Assembly: GCA_044226015.1 (NCBI GenBank)
Contig: JBGAHS010000002.1
Coordinates: 1,011,435-1,075,434 of the forward strand
Direction of reading: 5' to 3'
Origin: Candidatus Obscuribacteraceae bacterium
GTDB taxonomy: Bacteria; Cyanobacteriota; Vampirovibrionia; Obscuribacterales; Obscuribacteraceae
DNA: 64,000 nt
Shown here piece after piece: positions 19,362 to 29,527 of the stretch; the stretch's first letter is position 1; each line of letters begins with the position of its first letter. The notes under the pieces are model-generated. The model made no database searches, was not told where the DNA came from, and worked only from the letters and a program-made list of their open reading frames with translations. Position numbers and translations under genes: made by a program.

Positions 19362-20828
19362 ATGGATCTCATATCATACAGAGGACCTGGTGTTGCAGGT
19401 GGTGTCTCGTCGGGTCTCGGCGCTGTGTGGATTGGACAACAAGAAACACAATCTCGTTGGTACTACATCAACAAAGAAGTATTTGAGATGCGCCAATCAG
19501 ACGAGCAGCGCAGCAAATTTATAGCCATGCTACCGGAGGCTATGATTGATGGTCATTACCGTTATTGCAACGAATTAATCTGGCCTATCATGCATGACCT
19601 GCCGGAGCATGCGTCGTACAACGCTGACCAACACTATCAATACAACGCATTTAACAAATTGATCGCAGAGCAAATTGATGTTGAATCGCCAGGCTCGAAT
19701 AAACATTTTGTTCAAGACTATCAATTAGCTTTAACACCTCAGTGGCTCAACCTGCATGGTCACCACTCCGTTGTTTTCTGGCATATTCCCTGGCCCAAAA
19801 ACGTGCCAGATGAATTTGTAGAACCTATTAAAGAGATTGCCCTCGGACTGCTGGGCGCCGACGCCGTAGGCTTCCATACAGATGAATATGCAAAAAACTT
19901 TCAACAATTTGTGAGCAAGCACATTCGCAACCACCGCGTTGTACCGCAAGCGATGGCGATCATAAATGAGTCACAAGCGTGGCCACCATTTATGAACAAA
20001 TCAACGCGAATGGGTCACAAAGCCTTCGTTATGCAAGAGCCTAACTTCGTACCCAGACACAGCAACGTCTGCCAATTAGTTGTACACCCGCTCGGCATTG
20101 ACTTCAAATACTGGCAGGACATGAGCGAAACACCAGTTGCTGAAGAGACACGAAGCAGTCTTGCATCACTTACAAACTGCGATTTTATTCTCTCGGTTGA
20201 CCGCGTCGACTACACAAAAGCTGTATTTGACAGAATTCTTATAGTAGATAGATTCTTCAGAGACAACCCAGACCTCGTGGGCAAGGTCACATTCGCGCAG
20301 GTGTCGGGACGCTCGCGAGCAGGACTGCCAGCCTTTGATAAATACTGGACTGATTGCAAAGCCTTGTATGCAGCGTTGAATAACACCTGGAAAACCGAAG
20401 ATTGGCAACCTCTGGTGTGGATTGACCAAGCACTAAAACCATCAGACCTCGCTTATCTCTATCGCCACGCAAAAGCACTCATGGTAAACGCAGTAAGAGA
20501 TGGACTCAACTTAACCGCTAAAGAGTACGTCGCTTGCCAGGAAAACAATCCAGGCGTTCTACTACTTTCACCAGGTGCTGGCGCCTGGGACGAGTTAGGC
20601 GAATACGCTCTTCCCACTCACCCAAAGAAACCGGAAGAAGCAGTTCAGTCTATTCTGCAAGCGCTCTCAATGCCGCTATGGGAACGCCACCAAAAAAGCC
20701 TAAAAATGAAAACGTCGATTGCTGGAAATCAACTCACCCACTGGTGGGATCTATTTAGTCAGATCGCACACGCTCCGATGCCTGCAGCATTGGAAGAGGT
20801 GCATACGAAACATGCTCAGCTGGGTTAA
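19362..20828 (+). CDS. otsA: Trehalose-6-phosphate synthase-like glycosyltransferase (GT20)
   Basis: WPIMH, VQDYQL, FWHIPWP, VDRVDYTK, RDGLNLTAKEY. Confidence 0.8.
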   Translation: MDLISYRGPGVAGGVSSGLGAVWIGQQETQSRWYYINKEVFEMRQSDEQRSKFIAMLPEAMIDGHYRYCNELIWPIMHDLPEHASYNADQHYQYNAFNKLIAEQIDVESPGSNKHFVQDYQLALTPQWLNLHGHHSVVFWHIPWPKNVPDEFVEPIKEIALGLLGADAVGFHTDEYAKNFQQFVSKHIRNHRVVPQAMAIINESQAWPPFMNKSTRMGHKAFVMQEPNFVPRHSNVCQLVVHPLGIDFKYWQDMSETPVAEETRSSLASLTNCDFILSVDRVDYTKAVFDRILIVDRFFRDNPDLVGKVTFAQVSGRSRAGLPAFDKYWTDCKALYAALNNTWKTEDWQPLVWIDQALKPSDLAYLYRHAKALMVNAVRDGLNLTAKEYVACQENNPGVLLLSPGAGAWDELGEYALPTHPKKPEEAVQSILQALSMPLWERHQKSLKMKTSIAGNQLTHWWDLFSQIAHAPMPAALEEVHTKHAQLG

Positions 20829-20865
20829 CCAGTTGACGCAAATAAAGGGAGAATAAAAAACAAAT

Positions 20866-22740
20866 ATGAGAACCAAGAATAAAGGTGCGTGGCTCGTACT
20901 CGCAGCAACCCTTTTGCTATCAGTCAGTTCAGCTGCTATTGCGGCTCCGGCTGGCATGCAAGTAACACCATTTCGTGATGGAAAGTTATTCAAGGGTAAT
21001 GTTAGCTACCATGTATCTAGAGCAGAGAATGCACTCATAAACGGCAGCTATCAAAAGGCTGAGACTTCTTTCCGTTCAGCGATAGCAAAGAACCCGAGGG
21101 ATTATCGGGCCAGGGCCGGGCTGGGATTAGCACTTGCAATGCAATTCAAATTGGATGGCGCTGAGGACCAGGTTGATAGGGCTCTAAAACTTTCACCAAA
21201 AGACGCTCTTGCTCACACAGCAAAAGCTATGGTGCTCATGAATCGGTTGCAATCCTCTTCTGGAACTGTTATGAGAAATCGCCAGTCGATTTTATCGCAA
21301 GCAGAGCAACACGCTCGTGAGGCAATCAATTCAGATCCTAATATGCCTGAAGCACGGTTCATGATGGGGTCTATATACAAAGAAGAGGGTCGCTTAGCAG
21401 ATGCTAGCCGAGAATTCGAAAAAGCTTGCGATTTGGACCCGCACTATTCGTCAGCACAATCGGCTCTGGGTCTGAGTTATCTTGCACAGGGCAAGTTGGA
21501 CGATGCTAGCAACAGCTTCAAGCACGCAATAGCGATCAAATCGAAAAACAGTACCGCCCATTACGGGCTGGGGAAAGTTTACCTGCAGAGAGGCCAAGCC
21601 GACGCAGCTCTCAAAGAATTAAATACTGCGTTGTACCTCAATCGCAACAGCGCACCAGTACAGATTGCGCTGGGTGACACCTACACCGCACAAGGAAATA
21701 CTGTGGGTGCGTTGAAATCTTATCAGGAAGCCATTCGCATAAAGCCAGAGAGCCCCGATGCCTATATGCGCATTGCCGATATAAGAGAATCTCGCGTCGA
21801 CCTTGAGCACGCTATCGCCGAACTTCACTCTGGACTTGCGATGAATCCAGATAGCATCGAATTACACAATCGAGTCGGTGATATGTCACTCAAGCTTGAA
21901 AAACTCGATGATGCAATCAAAGAGTACCGTGCCACTCTGGCAGTCGACCCAGGCAACATTCAAGCTGTGGATGGTCTAACAACTGGTCTTTATTTGAAGA
22001 CTCAAAAAGAAGGTCAAGGTGCATTCTTTGTCAGCGATGATTATGAAAGCGCTCAACAAAATATAAAAGAAGCGATCACATTGGCACCCAATAATATGAT
22101 GCTAAGACTAGCTGATGCAAAACTCAGAGCACTTTCTGGACAAGAGATAGATCTCAAAGCGATCGGTGAACCCAGAAATGACGGAGAGCGTGTAGCATAT
22201 GCAGAAGCACTGATGAGCCAAAATCGCTTCGATGAGGCAAGTCAGCAGTTCGGAGCGCTGATAGTCAATGCACAAAATGCTAAACAGACCTTTGCCGTGG
22301 CAGATCTAGCGTTAATGCTAAAAGACCTCAACAGTGCACAGCTAGCCTATGCAAAAGCGAAGACTTTTCCTGGCTATGAAGAACGCGCAAAGCGAGGAAT
22401 GGCAAAAATTGCAAAGGTAAAAGAAGAGTCAAGACAGCATCTAACAATGGCAAAAGACTTTTATAAAAAAGGTCAATACAATAGCAGTGTCGATCAATAC
22501 AGAGCGGCAATTTACAATAACCCCAAGGATGCAGCAGCAAGACTGGAGCTTGCAGAAGCAATACAGAAAACACATCCTAATGCTGATTTGATGCGTGACG
22601 TAGCCAATCAATATCGCGCATACCTGGCGCTAAGTCCTACACTGGAACAGAAGGAACAGGAGAAATTTAAAAAGAAGATTGCCAGTGCAGAATCGAAAGC
22701 GTCAAAGATTGAACATCGTGCAATAGCACGGCAGCGCTAA
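20866..22740 (+). CDS. Secreted multi-TPR protein
   Basis: Signal peptide and many TPR repeats. Confidence 0.85.
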   Translation: MRTKNKGAWLVLAATLLLSVSSAAIAAPAGMQVTPFRDGKLFKGNVSYHVSRAENALINGSYQKAETSFRSAIAKNPRDYRARAGLGLALAMQFKLDGAEDQVDRALKLSPKDALAHTAKAMVLMNRLQSSSGTVMRNRQSILSQAEQHAREAINSDPNMPEARFMMGSIYKEEGRLADASREFEKACDLDPHYSSAQSALGLSYLAQGKLDDASNSFKHAIAIKSKNSTAHYGLGKVYLQRGQADAALKELNTALYLNRNSAPVQIALGDTYTAQGNTVGALKSYQEAIRIKPESPDAYMRIADIRESRVDLEHAIAELHSGLAMNPDSIELHNRVGDMSLKLEKLDDAIKEYRATLAVDPGNIQAVDGLTTGLYLKTQKEGQGAFFVSDDYESAQQNIKEAITLAPNNMMLRLADAKLRALSGQEIDLKAIGEPRNDGERVAYAEALMSQNRFDEASQQFGALIVNAQNAKQTFAVADLALMLKDLNSAQLAYAKAKTFPGYEERAKRGMAKIAKVKEESRQHLTMAKDFYKKGQYNSSVDQYRAAIYNNPKDAAARLELAEAIQKTHPNADLMRDVANQYRAYLALSPTLEQKEQEKFKKKIASAESKASKIEHRAIARQR

Positions 22741-22761
22741 TAAAATAAAGCATAAGAAAGA

Positions 22762-22790
22762 AGAGCCCCCTGAGCAAAACAGGGGGCTCT
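22762..22790. terminator. Terminator between convergent genes
   Basis: AGAGCCCCCTG...CAGGGGGCTCT. Confidence 0.7.
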
Positions 22791-22799
22791 AGCTGACCG

Positions 22800-23042
22800 C
22801 TATTTAAGGCGACTTCCGTGCCGATGCCTATGTAGCGAAAACGTTTCCGTCAAACCAAGTGTTGAACTTCTAATTGTATTTGCTAGATCACCTGCGCAGC
22901 CTGAGTGTCCGCAGTCACAGGTATCCGATACTGTGGCATGCCTGCACTCCTCACTGCAATAACTATCGCTCAAATCAATTTTGCACGAGCAGCATGCATG
23001 CTTGCATCTGCTCTCCTCATCAAAATTACCAAAAAATTCCAT
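22800..23042 (-). CDS. Metallothionein-like Cys-rich protein
   Basis: CKHACCSC...YCSEEC...CDCGHSGC. Confidence 0.65.
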   Translation of the reverse strand: MEFFGNFDEESRCKHACCSCKIDLSDSYCSEECRHATVSDTCDCGHSGCAGDLANTIRSSTLGLTETFSLHRHRHGSRLK

Positions 23043-23123
23043 TTCAGATTACCTGCATCTGACTGACTAGAAAGCCAATTTTTCAGAAACTGGCTTTCTA
23101 GAGTCAACTAACTAAACTTGTGT

Positions 23124-23402
23124 TTAGTAATAAGGATAGTAGCTGGTGCCCCATCCGTTATTGCCCCATCCATATGGGTTTCCGTAGAAAGCACGATTAT
23201 TGTAGGAGTAATTACCCCAATTCATATTTCGTCGCCACGAATTATTCCAATTGTTTCGATGGTGATGATTCCAGCCGTTGTTGTAATTTCCCCAGCCGCC
23301 ACGATAATGATGATGATCATGCGCCTCTGCTTTAGGAATTGCTAAACCAACAGTTAGTGCCGCCAGCGAGAATAGTAGTGCTTTCTTCATTAGACTCTTC
23401 AT
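23124..23402 (-). CDS. Small secreted Asn/Gly/Trp/His-rich protein
   Basis: AGGAGG RBS; signal peptide ending AEA; low-complexity mature part. Confidence 0.75.
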   Translation of the reverse strand: MKSLMKKALLFSLAALTVGLAIPKAEAHDHHHYRGGWGNYNNGWNHHHRNNWNNSWRRNMNWGNYSYNNRAFYGNPYGWGNNGWGTSYYPYY

Positions 23403-23440
23403 TATTTTTCCTCCTGCTGAGAGGGTCTCATGTGCTAATC

Positions 23441-23465
23441 GACGACTCCCCCTTCCGAAGGTTCC
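23441..23465 (-). promoter_or_regulatory. ECF-type promoter GGAAC-N16-CGTC
   Basis: Exact motif, 38 nt upstream of ATG 23402. Confidence 0.8.
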
Positions 23466-23613
23466 GAAATCGCCTTAAGAAAATCCCCATCAAGCCCTAT
23501 TGAAAGTACTTTCGAGGATCACATCGCAGACACAATGCAGACGATTTACACTGTTATTCAAAACAAAACAAGTGTCGATTGAGACTCGCAGATCATCGTG
23601 TTCGATATCACTT

Positions 23614-24864
23614 CTAATTAATATCGAAGCTGCCAGAATATCTGGTAGAGCCCTCGGGAGTCCATATGATTGCTCCGTGCCGTGCAAGCCCAGGCGTTTC
23701 GTTCGGCGCTTTCAAAGTCTTACCTGAAAGCCGTTTGTTCAAATCTTCCACAAAAGATTTCAAGCCCGAATCACCACCCGCAATATGAATGGAAATCAGG
23801 CTCGCTCGCAGCTGTTGAGCGCTATTGTCTTTATCGCTTGCACCCGCAAGCACAGCTTCCACATTCTTTATAGACTTGCTCATAAGAGCAGCCCTACGAC
23901 TCTCAAAACTCAAGCGCTCGATTTCATCTTTCATTTCAACACTATCGATAGAAGCGAGATGGCGATTGAGCGCATTAGCATAATCGACGGTTTCTGGAGT
24001 ACCGGCTCCATAGCGATTTCTAACCACATTAAGAGCGGATCTCAATTCGCTTTCTGCAGAAGCGTTCAATTCAACCGAATGTGCTCCATCGATGTTAGCT
24101 GTTTTTTCCAACAGCAAGCCTAAATCGAGGCTAGCCTTTGCAGAAATCAAACCAGCAGCATCCACATTACCCTTTGCCATAGCATGTGTCGCGTCTTTCT
24201 TTTCTGCTTCAATATGGGCTAAATCCTGCTTCAGGTCGTTACGCTGTGCATCAGTAAACGTCTCTAGCAAATCTTGATTAGAGGGCAAACGAGGAGTACT
24301 GCCCACATGTTTTGGAGAGAATGAAAGAAATAAATCTTCGACATTGTCTTTCTGAATCGATTTGAGACGTTCTCCACTAAAAGTTAAGCGCAATCCATTC
24401 GCGTTGGTTAGCACGGTTTCTTCCCAGGGTGAGTTGAAAAAACGCACTTCTTTTTGCAAACGGTCTTCACTATCGACAAAACTAGCACCATTAACGGTAT
24501 CGATGTGAATCGCGCGCCCTTTATCGGAAAGTTCAATATCTATTCCATTACCCGATCTTCTAATAGTGCCACCGACCTGCAGCTTTTCTGAATTCTGTCC
24601 AATCTCAGAATGAGCTTTAACCAGATCCGGCTTTGGCATGTTGTAGCTGGTTTCTCGTAAGGGCTCAAATGACTGCCCTGCTGAGTGATCAACTATTTCG
24701 ATTTTAACGAGTGTGGTATTTGCATCATAAGCCTGAGGAATAGAATCGGCTTCACGCGAATCATCAAGCAAAAGCCGCGTTAATACGTTTTCACCAACTG
24801 CTTTGCCGGCAGAATTATCAGGCAAGTCACTGGCAGCAGCATTTGCTGCTTCATTCCAGATCAT
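23614..24864 (-). CDS. Hypothetical protein
   Basis: 416-aa ORF with RBS; no recognised motif. Confidence 0.65.
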   Translation of the reverse strand: MIWNEAANAAASDLPDNSAGKAVGENVLTRLLLDDSREADSIPQAYDANTTLVKIEIVDHSAGQSFEPLRETSYNMPKPDLVKAHSEIGQNSEKLQVGGTIRRSGNGIDIELSDKGRAIHIDTVNGASFVDSEDRLQKEVRFFNSPWEETVLTNANGLRLTFSGERLKSIQKDNVEDLFLSFSPKHVGSTPRLPSNQDLLETFTDAQRNDLKQDLAHIEAEKKDATHAMAKGNVDAAGLISAKASLDLGLLLEKTANIDGAHSVELNASAESELRSALNVVRNRYGAGTPETVDYANALNRHLASIDSVEMKDEIERLSFESRRAALMSKSIKNVEAVLAGASDKDNSAQQLRASLISIHIAGGDSGLKSFVEDLNKRLSGKTLKAPNETPGLARHGAIIWTPEGSTRYSGSFDIN

Positions 24865-25013
24865 AGATTCTTCCCCCTATGGGCAAATGCCCTTCCTGAT
24901 GCGATGATAATGTCGCTTTCAGTTTAGAAGAAATGAGGAGATCACGTAGAATAATGCGCCTGCTACGTTGATTTTTGCTCATATAGCACTTCAGTAATCA
25001 GTTGGAGACTCGT

Positions 25014-25232
25014 ATGTCATTATCCATTAGCGGTAGAAATAAGCTCACAGGGAAGATTGTTGCCATTGAACTGGGGGACATAATGGCCCTTATAACGGTT
25101 CAGGTAGGTGAGCATCTGGTTGACGCCGTTATAACGAGACGATCTGCCGAAGAACTTCGCCTTCAAGTCAATGACGAAGTGGCTGCTCTCATTAAGGCGA
25201 CTGAGGTCATGATCCTGAAGAACTCCGGCTGA
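25014..25232 (+). CDS. TOBE/Mop molybdate-binding protein
   Basis: ISGRNKLTG...AVIT..S.EEL.L...ALIKATEV. Confidence 0.85.
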   Translation: MSLSISGRNKLTGKIVAIELGDIMALITVQVGEHLVDAVITRRSAEELRLQVNDEVAALIKATEVMILKNSG

Positions 25233-25267
25233 GCATTGATTTCGAAATTGAACCTTCTGTCAGCATA

Positions 25268-25292
25268 GGAACCTTCTTCTAGCGTCCGCGCC
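25268..25292 (+). promoter_or_regulatory. ECF-type promoter variant GGAAC-N16-CGCC
   Basis: One-mismatch motif, 23 nt upstream of ATG 25316. Confidence 0.55.
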
Positions 25293-25315
25293 ATGAATTA
25301 CAACCAAGGAGGACG

Positions 25316-25843
25316 ATGGAAATGATTGAAATGTTCGTAGCAGGTATCACCATGGACCAAGCCCATTCCTGTCCTATTCTTGTTCTAATCGACGCTCAAA
25401 AGCAGCGCGCTCTACCCTTCTGGATTTCACCAACCGATGCCAGTTCAATGCTCTCATCCTTGAGTGGAGATCAGCATAGTCGCCCAATGACGCATGAACT
25501 TACTATCGACATCTTGAATAACATTGGCTGGCAAATCGAAGATGCAGAAATCAACGAAGTGAAAGATGATGTACTGATGGCAAGTTTACGTTTAAAACCG
25601 CGTGAGGGATCGCCCATTGAAGGTCTGGATGATCTGGTTATTGATGCACGCCCATCTGACGCTGTTGCATTAGCTCTAAAAGCTCAAGCACCAATACTGG
25701 TATCACTAGAAATCGTAGCAAACGCAACTATTCCAGCAGATTTTAAGAAGGACAAGAATTCGGCAGAACAATTTGAACGCTTTGTTCAAGATTTGAAAGC
25801 ATCTGATTTCAATACAATAACCAAACGAGAAAGAGGCTCTTAG
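25316..25843 (+). CDS. Bifunctional nuclease family (DUF151)
   Basis: RPMTHEL, IDARPSDAVALAL. Confidence 0.9.
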   Translation: MEMIEMFVAGITMDQAHSCPILVLIDAQKQRALPFWISPTDASSMLSSLSGDQHSRPMTHELTIDILNNIGWQIEDAEINEVKDDVLMASLRLKPREGSPIEGLDDLVIDARPSDAVALALKAQAPILVSLEIVANATIPADFKKDKNSAEQFERFVQDLKASDFNTITKRERGS

Positions 25844-26136
25844 GCGCTGCTCGCCATAGAGTTGAGATCTCCAACAAGAGAATACTTTTGTTTCATCGAA
25901 AGTTCGACCAATTCATGGGCAGTCATTCCCAAAATGCTGGCGCAATCTTCTAATATCTGGCTGGTTATTGGAACCTCAGCCCGCTCGATTTGAAGAACGA
26001 ACGTAAGAGTGGAATGTAGCCTACTGGCAAATTCCCTTGGAGAAAGTCCCATATCCAGGCGACACTTCCTAATAGTTTCGCCCAAGGCAGGAGAATTGGT
26101 GTTTATCTGGATATCAATTCTTCTGTTTTTCAGCAT
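25840..26136 (-). CDS. XRE-family HTH protein
   Basis: LGETIRKCR..GLS..EFA..L...IERAE. Confidence 0.65.
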   Translation of the reverse strand: MLKNRRIDIQINTNSPALGETIRKCRLDMGLSPREFASRLHSTLTFVLQIERAEVPITSQILEDCASILGMTAHELVELSMKQKYSLVGDLNSMASSA

Positions 26137-26498
26137 GTGGTGTCCCCAACTTTCTAGAGCAGATACTTTAATGATTTCACAAATAACTCGAGGGCGCCCA
26201 CTATATCTGCTACGGGAAAGCCCTATAATCTCTGGTTTTTTGTTGGATTTCGTCGAAGACTTGCATGCGCTGATCTGCGTTAGACGAAACAACAGCGATG
26301 TTAGACGGCGAAAGCAGTCAACTCAAACCATTCGCCCAGTTTTGTCTTATTTACAGGCAAGCCATATCATATATCGAGCAAACCCCAGCTTTTAGTCTTA
26401 AACAGATCTATTTCCTCATTCACGCTGGTATTCTGAAATTCAGGCAAGCATAGTTTGCCAAACCTGAATTTTGACGAGTGCTGACTTGGAGACTCACA

Positions 26499-26792
26499 AT
26501 GTTCGAAGATAAGCAAATTGTTTGTAGAGACTGCAAAAATTGGTTCAATTTCTCCGCAGGAGAACAAGAGTATTTCGCTCAACGATGTCTGGCGAATAGA
26601 CCAAAGCGCTGCCAGAACTGCCGTCTCGAAATGAGACAAAAGCGCGGAAATAATCCATCAAAAACAGTCGCGGAAATTTGCTGCGCTGGTTGTGGCATCC
26701 CAACGAAAGTGCCCTTTCAACCAAAGGGACATAGCCCTGTATACTGCATCACCTGCCTGGTGACCATTAGACAGAGCGCAGCAGTCTCCTAG
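26499..26792 (+). CDS. Zinc-ribbon / CxxC-x17-CxxC protein
   Basis: DKQIVCRDC..F.FSAGEQ.YF...PKRC..CR...CAGCG...VPFQP....PVYC..C. Confidence 0.85.
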   Translation: MFEDKQIVCRDCKNWFNFSAGEQEYFAQRCLANRPKRCQNCRLEMRQKRGNNPSKTVAEICCAGCGIPTKVPFQPKGHSPVYCITCLVTIRQSAAVS

Positions 26793-26883
26793 CCTGCTTG
26801 CTCACTTATAGGATAAATGGGAGGGAATCAAACTTGATTCGCTCCTTTTCTTTGTTAGCGCTGTGAGCTTGAAACTGAAACAT

Positions 26884-26908
26884 GGAACTGCAGAAATTGC
26901 TTCTCGTC
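26884..26908 (+). promoter_or_regulatory. ECF-type promoter GGAAC-N16-CGTC
   Basis: Exact motif, 34 nt upstream of ATG 26943. Confidence 0.8.
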
Positions 26909-26942
26909 GCAGAACAAAATGCGAACACAGAGGAAGAATTCT

Positions 26943-27290
26943 ATGCACGATACAAGTATTACAAAGGTCAACTCTAACTTCTCTCCCACTGGCAAAATGG
27001 GGCAGAAGTATCTTGCCTCAGGCGTGAGCGTTTCTATGCGCCTCTGGAATGAAGAGCCCGCAGAAGAGCAAAAAGAGTTTAACAGTCGAGATTACGAAAC
27101 AGTAGGTTATGTTCTAAAGGGTCGCGCCGAATTGCATATAGAAGGACAGATGGTTCTTTTGGAAGCTGGGGATTCGTGGGTTGTTGCGAAAGGGGCGCTG
27201 CACAGCTACAAAATCCTGGAGAGTTTTTCAGCTGTGGAAGCAACAGCTCCACCTGCACATGCACACGCGCGTGACGAACAGGCAACCTAG
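26943..27290 (+). CDS. Cupin-domain protein
   Basis: YETVGYVLKG.AEL...L.AGDSWVV.KGA.H; start MHDTS after GAGGA RBS. Confidence 0.85.
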   Translation: MHDTSITKVNSNFSPTGKMGQKYLASGVSVSMRLWNEEPAEEQKEFNSRDYETVGYVLKGRAELHIEGQMVLLEAGDSWVVAKGALHSYKILESFSAVEATAPPAHAHARDEQAT

Positions 27291-27293
27291 AGT

Positions 27294-27638
27294 CTAGGCT
27301 GATTTAGCTCTATTGCTGTTAACTCTGGAGAAGTATTTCTCAAGGTGAATAGAAGTAAGAGCATTTACTGTTTCTGATATGTCTGGATGGTTTGATGGCA
27401 AGTTCTTGCGCTCAATCTCCAGACATTTCATTAGCAACTGCTCAGCTTTTGAGTAATTCTCAAGCGCAAAATACAGCATGCCGAAGTTATACATAGTCGT
27501 GGTGAGGTTCAAGCTGTCTTTGCCCCACTTCTTTTCTTCCATAGAAAGCACTACAGTCCACAATCTTTCCGCAGACTCGTAGTCACCGATTTCTTCATAA
27601 CGCTCAGCTCGCGCAGTTAAATATGAGAGCGCATCCAT
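27294..27638 (-). CDS. Small TPR protein
   Basis: TPR_12-like YNFGMLY...AEQL..CLEI...HPD. Confidence 0.75.
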   Translation of the reverse strand: MDALSYLTARAERYEEIGDYESAERLWTVVLSMEEKKWGKDSLNLTTTMYNFGMLYFALENYSKAEQLLMKCLEIERKNLPSNHPDISETVNALTSIHLEKYFSRVNSNRAKSA

Positions 27639-27887
27639 TTACCAAATACCCCTGCTTCACAACGTCATAAGAATATAGCTTGTAATTCGAGTTTATAGAT
27701 CAAAGATTAGGGATTGCACTAGTATTTGATGCTCAATCCCTTAACTCAAGATATACAATCGATACCGATCGAGATCCACTTGGACTGCGCCTTGGCAAAA
27801 ATAGGAAAAAAGAAAGCGGGCATTAAGTCCCGCTAACTGATTCGATCAATTCAAATTGCTTCCTAACAACCTAACCGCTAACCGCGA

Positions 27888-28400
27888 TTACTTATCTACG
27901 TCAGGTCCAGTCCCTGTATCCGGAGCGATGTACATCGCCCCCCACAAATCGCGATCGATGAACTCTTGTTCTGATTCTTTCGAAATATTCCTGAAGGTCT
28001 CTTCGACGCATTCTGGGCTGAGATCGCTATAAAGCGTTATATCAGCAGTTGAAACAATGCCTTGAATTTTGTGCTCGCTATCAAGAACTGGTATTCGCCT
28101 GACCTGTTGTGCTCTCATCAACTCAGCAACTTTATCGACCTCGTCATCTGGTCCACACCAGACCACCGGCGTGTGCATCAGTTGATCTAGCCTTGTCGCC
28201 TTCGGGTCTTTGCCATCGGCTATTACAGCCATACACAAATCTCTGTCTGTAATTACCCCGACAACCCGATAGCTTTTCTCATTCTCGACAACTGGAATTG
28301 CACCAATGTTGTGTTCCTTCATCCTCTTTGCGGCGACGTCGGCTGTTTCCGTTCCGTAACAGCAGATCGGATCGACCGTCATGATTTCATGCACCTTCAT
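27888..28400 (-). CDS. CBS-pair protein
   Basis: VHEIMT, IGAIPVV, GVITDRD, QVRRIPV. Confidence 0.9.
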   Translation of the reverse strand: MKVHEIMTVDPICCYGTETADVAAKRMKEHNIGAIPVVENEKSYRVVGVITDRDLCMAVIADGKDPKATRLDQLMHTPVVWCGPDDEVDKVAELMRAQQVRRIPVLDSEHKIQGIVSTADITLYSDLSPECVEETFRNISKESEQEFIDRDLWGAMYIAPDTGTGPDVDK

Positions 28401-28428
28401 GTCATGTCCTCCACTTTGCGAAAACTTA

Positions 28429-28453
28429 GACGGAACAATTCGTTAGCAGTTCC
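28429..28453 (-). promoter_or_regulatory. ECF-type promoter GGAAC-N16-CGTC
   Basis: Exact motif, 28 nt upstream of ATG 28400. Confidence 0.8.
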
Positions 28454-28478
28454 GGAACCAAATTGCCCAAAGCTAGTC
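28454..28478 (+). promoter_or_regulatory. ECF-type promoter variant GGAAC-N16-AGTC
   Basis: Abuts the divergent copy; 40 nt upstream of ATG 28519. Confidence 0.65.
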
Positions 28479-28518
28479 TTTATCCAGGTCGTTTAATAAG
28501 GTAAATGGGGATCGAACA

Positions 28519-28722
28519 ATGAAAGCAAAAATGCCGGACAAACCACCGGAGGCAGCCAATTATCTGTGCACAAAATGCGGAAAGCAATTCGCATTCCGCA
28601 TGGGTGAACTCGTCTGTCCAAAGTGTTCAAGCGACAAGCGCTCAGATTTCGTTCCCATTTTTGTAAAGAGCGATCCTCAAGAAGATTCAATGTACACAGC
28701 GGACGATTTCCCTGGAGGATAA
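28519..28722 (+). CDS. Small zinc-ribbon protein
   Basis: CTKC...CPKC; precedes nitroreductase by 2 nt. Confidence 0.65.
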   Translation: MKAKMPDKPPEAANYLCTKCGKQFAFRMGELVCPKCSSDKRSDFVPIFVKSDPQEDSMYTADDFPGG

Positions 28723-28724
28723 GA

Positions 28725-29387
28725 ATGCTCAAATTAGTAACTCCTATGCGAGGTGCCACCACTCCATTAAACGAGGCGGTGACTCAACGCAGGGCAACAC
28801 AAGGCTTCAAAACAGATCCTATAGCTGACGAAGTCTTGCACGAGCTACTCGGTCTTGCGTTGCTGGCTCCTTCTGGGTACAACCTGCAGCCCTGGAAATT
28901 TATAGTGGTGCAAAACCAAGATAACAAAGAGCGATTAATGAAGGTCGCAATGAACCAGGCAAAAGTGGCTGAAGCACCAGTAGTGGTGATAGCATGCGCA
29001 AATCCAAATGGGTGGCGTGATGACCTGGACAAGGTTATTGCGATGGCCCGGGAAACAGGACAGATCAAGGATGACAACGTGGCTTCCCAAATGAGGGAAA
29101 AAGCCAGCACTTACTTGAGTAGCGTTGACAATCGAGTCTGGGCTACAAAGCAAACAATGATAGCTTTTTCTCATTTGATGTTGCTTGCGGAATCGTACGG
29201 CATCGATACGGCTCCAATGGAAGGTTTTAACGAAGTCGAAGTGAAGGCTGAATTCAATATTCCAGACGATTTTCTCGTACTGGCTCTATTGGCCATGGGG
29301 TACCGTTCAAAACCTGATAGACCATATGGTGGAAGATTCGAACTTGGAGAACGCGTGTGCTTTGAACGCTACGGAAATCCTGTTTGA
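28725..29387 (+). CDS. Nitroreductase family protein
   Basis: RRA..GF, APSGYNLQPWKF, DTAPMEGF; GGAGG RBS before 28725. Confidence 0.9.
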   Translation: MLKLVTPMRGATTPLNEAVTQRRATQGFKTDPIADEVLHELLGLALLAPSGYNLQPWKFIVVQNQDNKERLMKVAMNQAKVAEAPVVVIACANPNGWRDDLDKVIAMARETGQIKDDNVASQMREKASTYLSSVDNRVWATKQTMIAFSHLMLLAESYGIDTAPMEGFNEVEVKAEFNIPDDFLVLALLAMGYRSKPDRPYGGRFELGERVCFERYGNPV

Positions 29388-29465
29388 TCCACTCTAGACC
29401 ATTTAGAAAACCCAAAGGAGGAATAATACCTTAAATTAAGTAATTGAGTTTTCCCACCTGGAAAA

Positions 29466-29503
29466 TCGCCATGCAGCGCAAGCTGCGTGGCGACTTTGTT
29501 TTT
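29466..29503 (+). terminator. Intrinsic terminator
   Basis: TCGCCATGCAGC-GCAA-GCTGCGTGGCGA followed by T-run. Confidence 0.7.
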
Positions 29504-29527
29504 GATGCCATGCGAGAACCAGATTTT

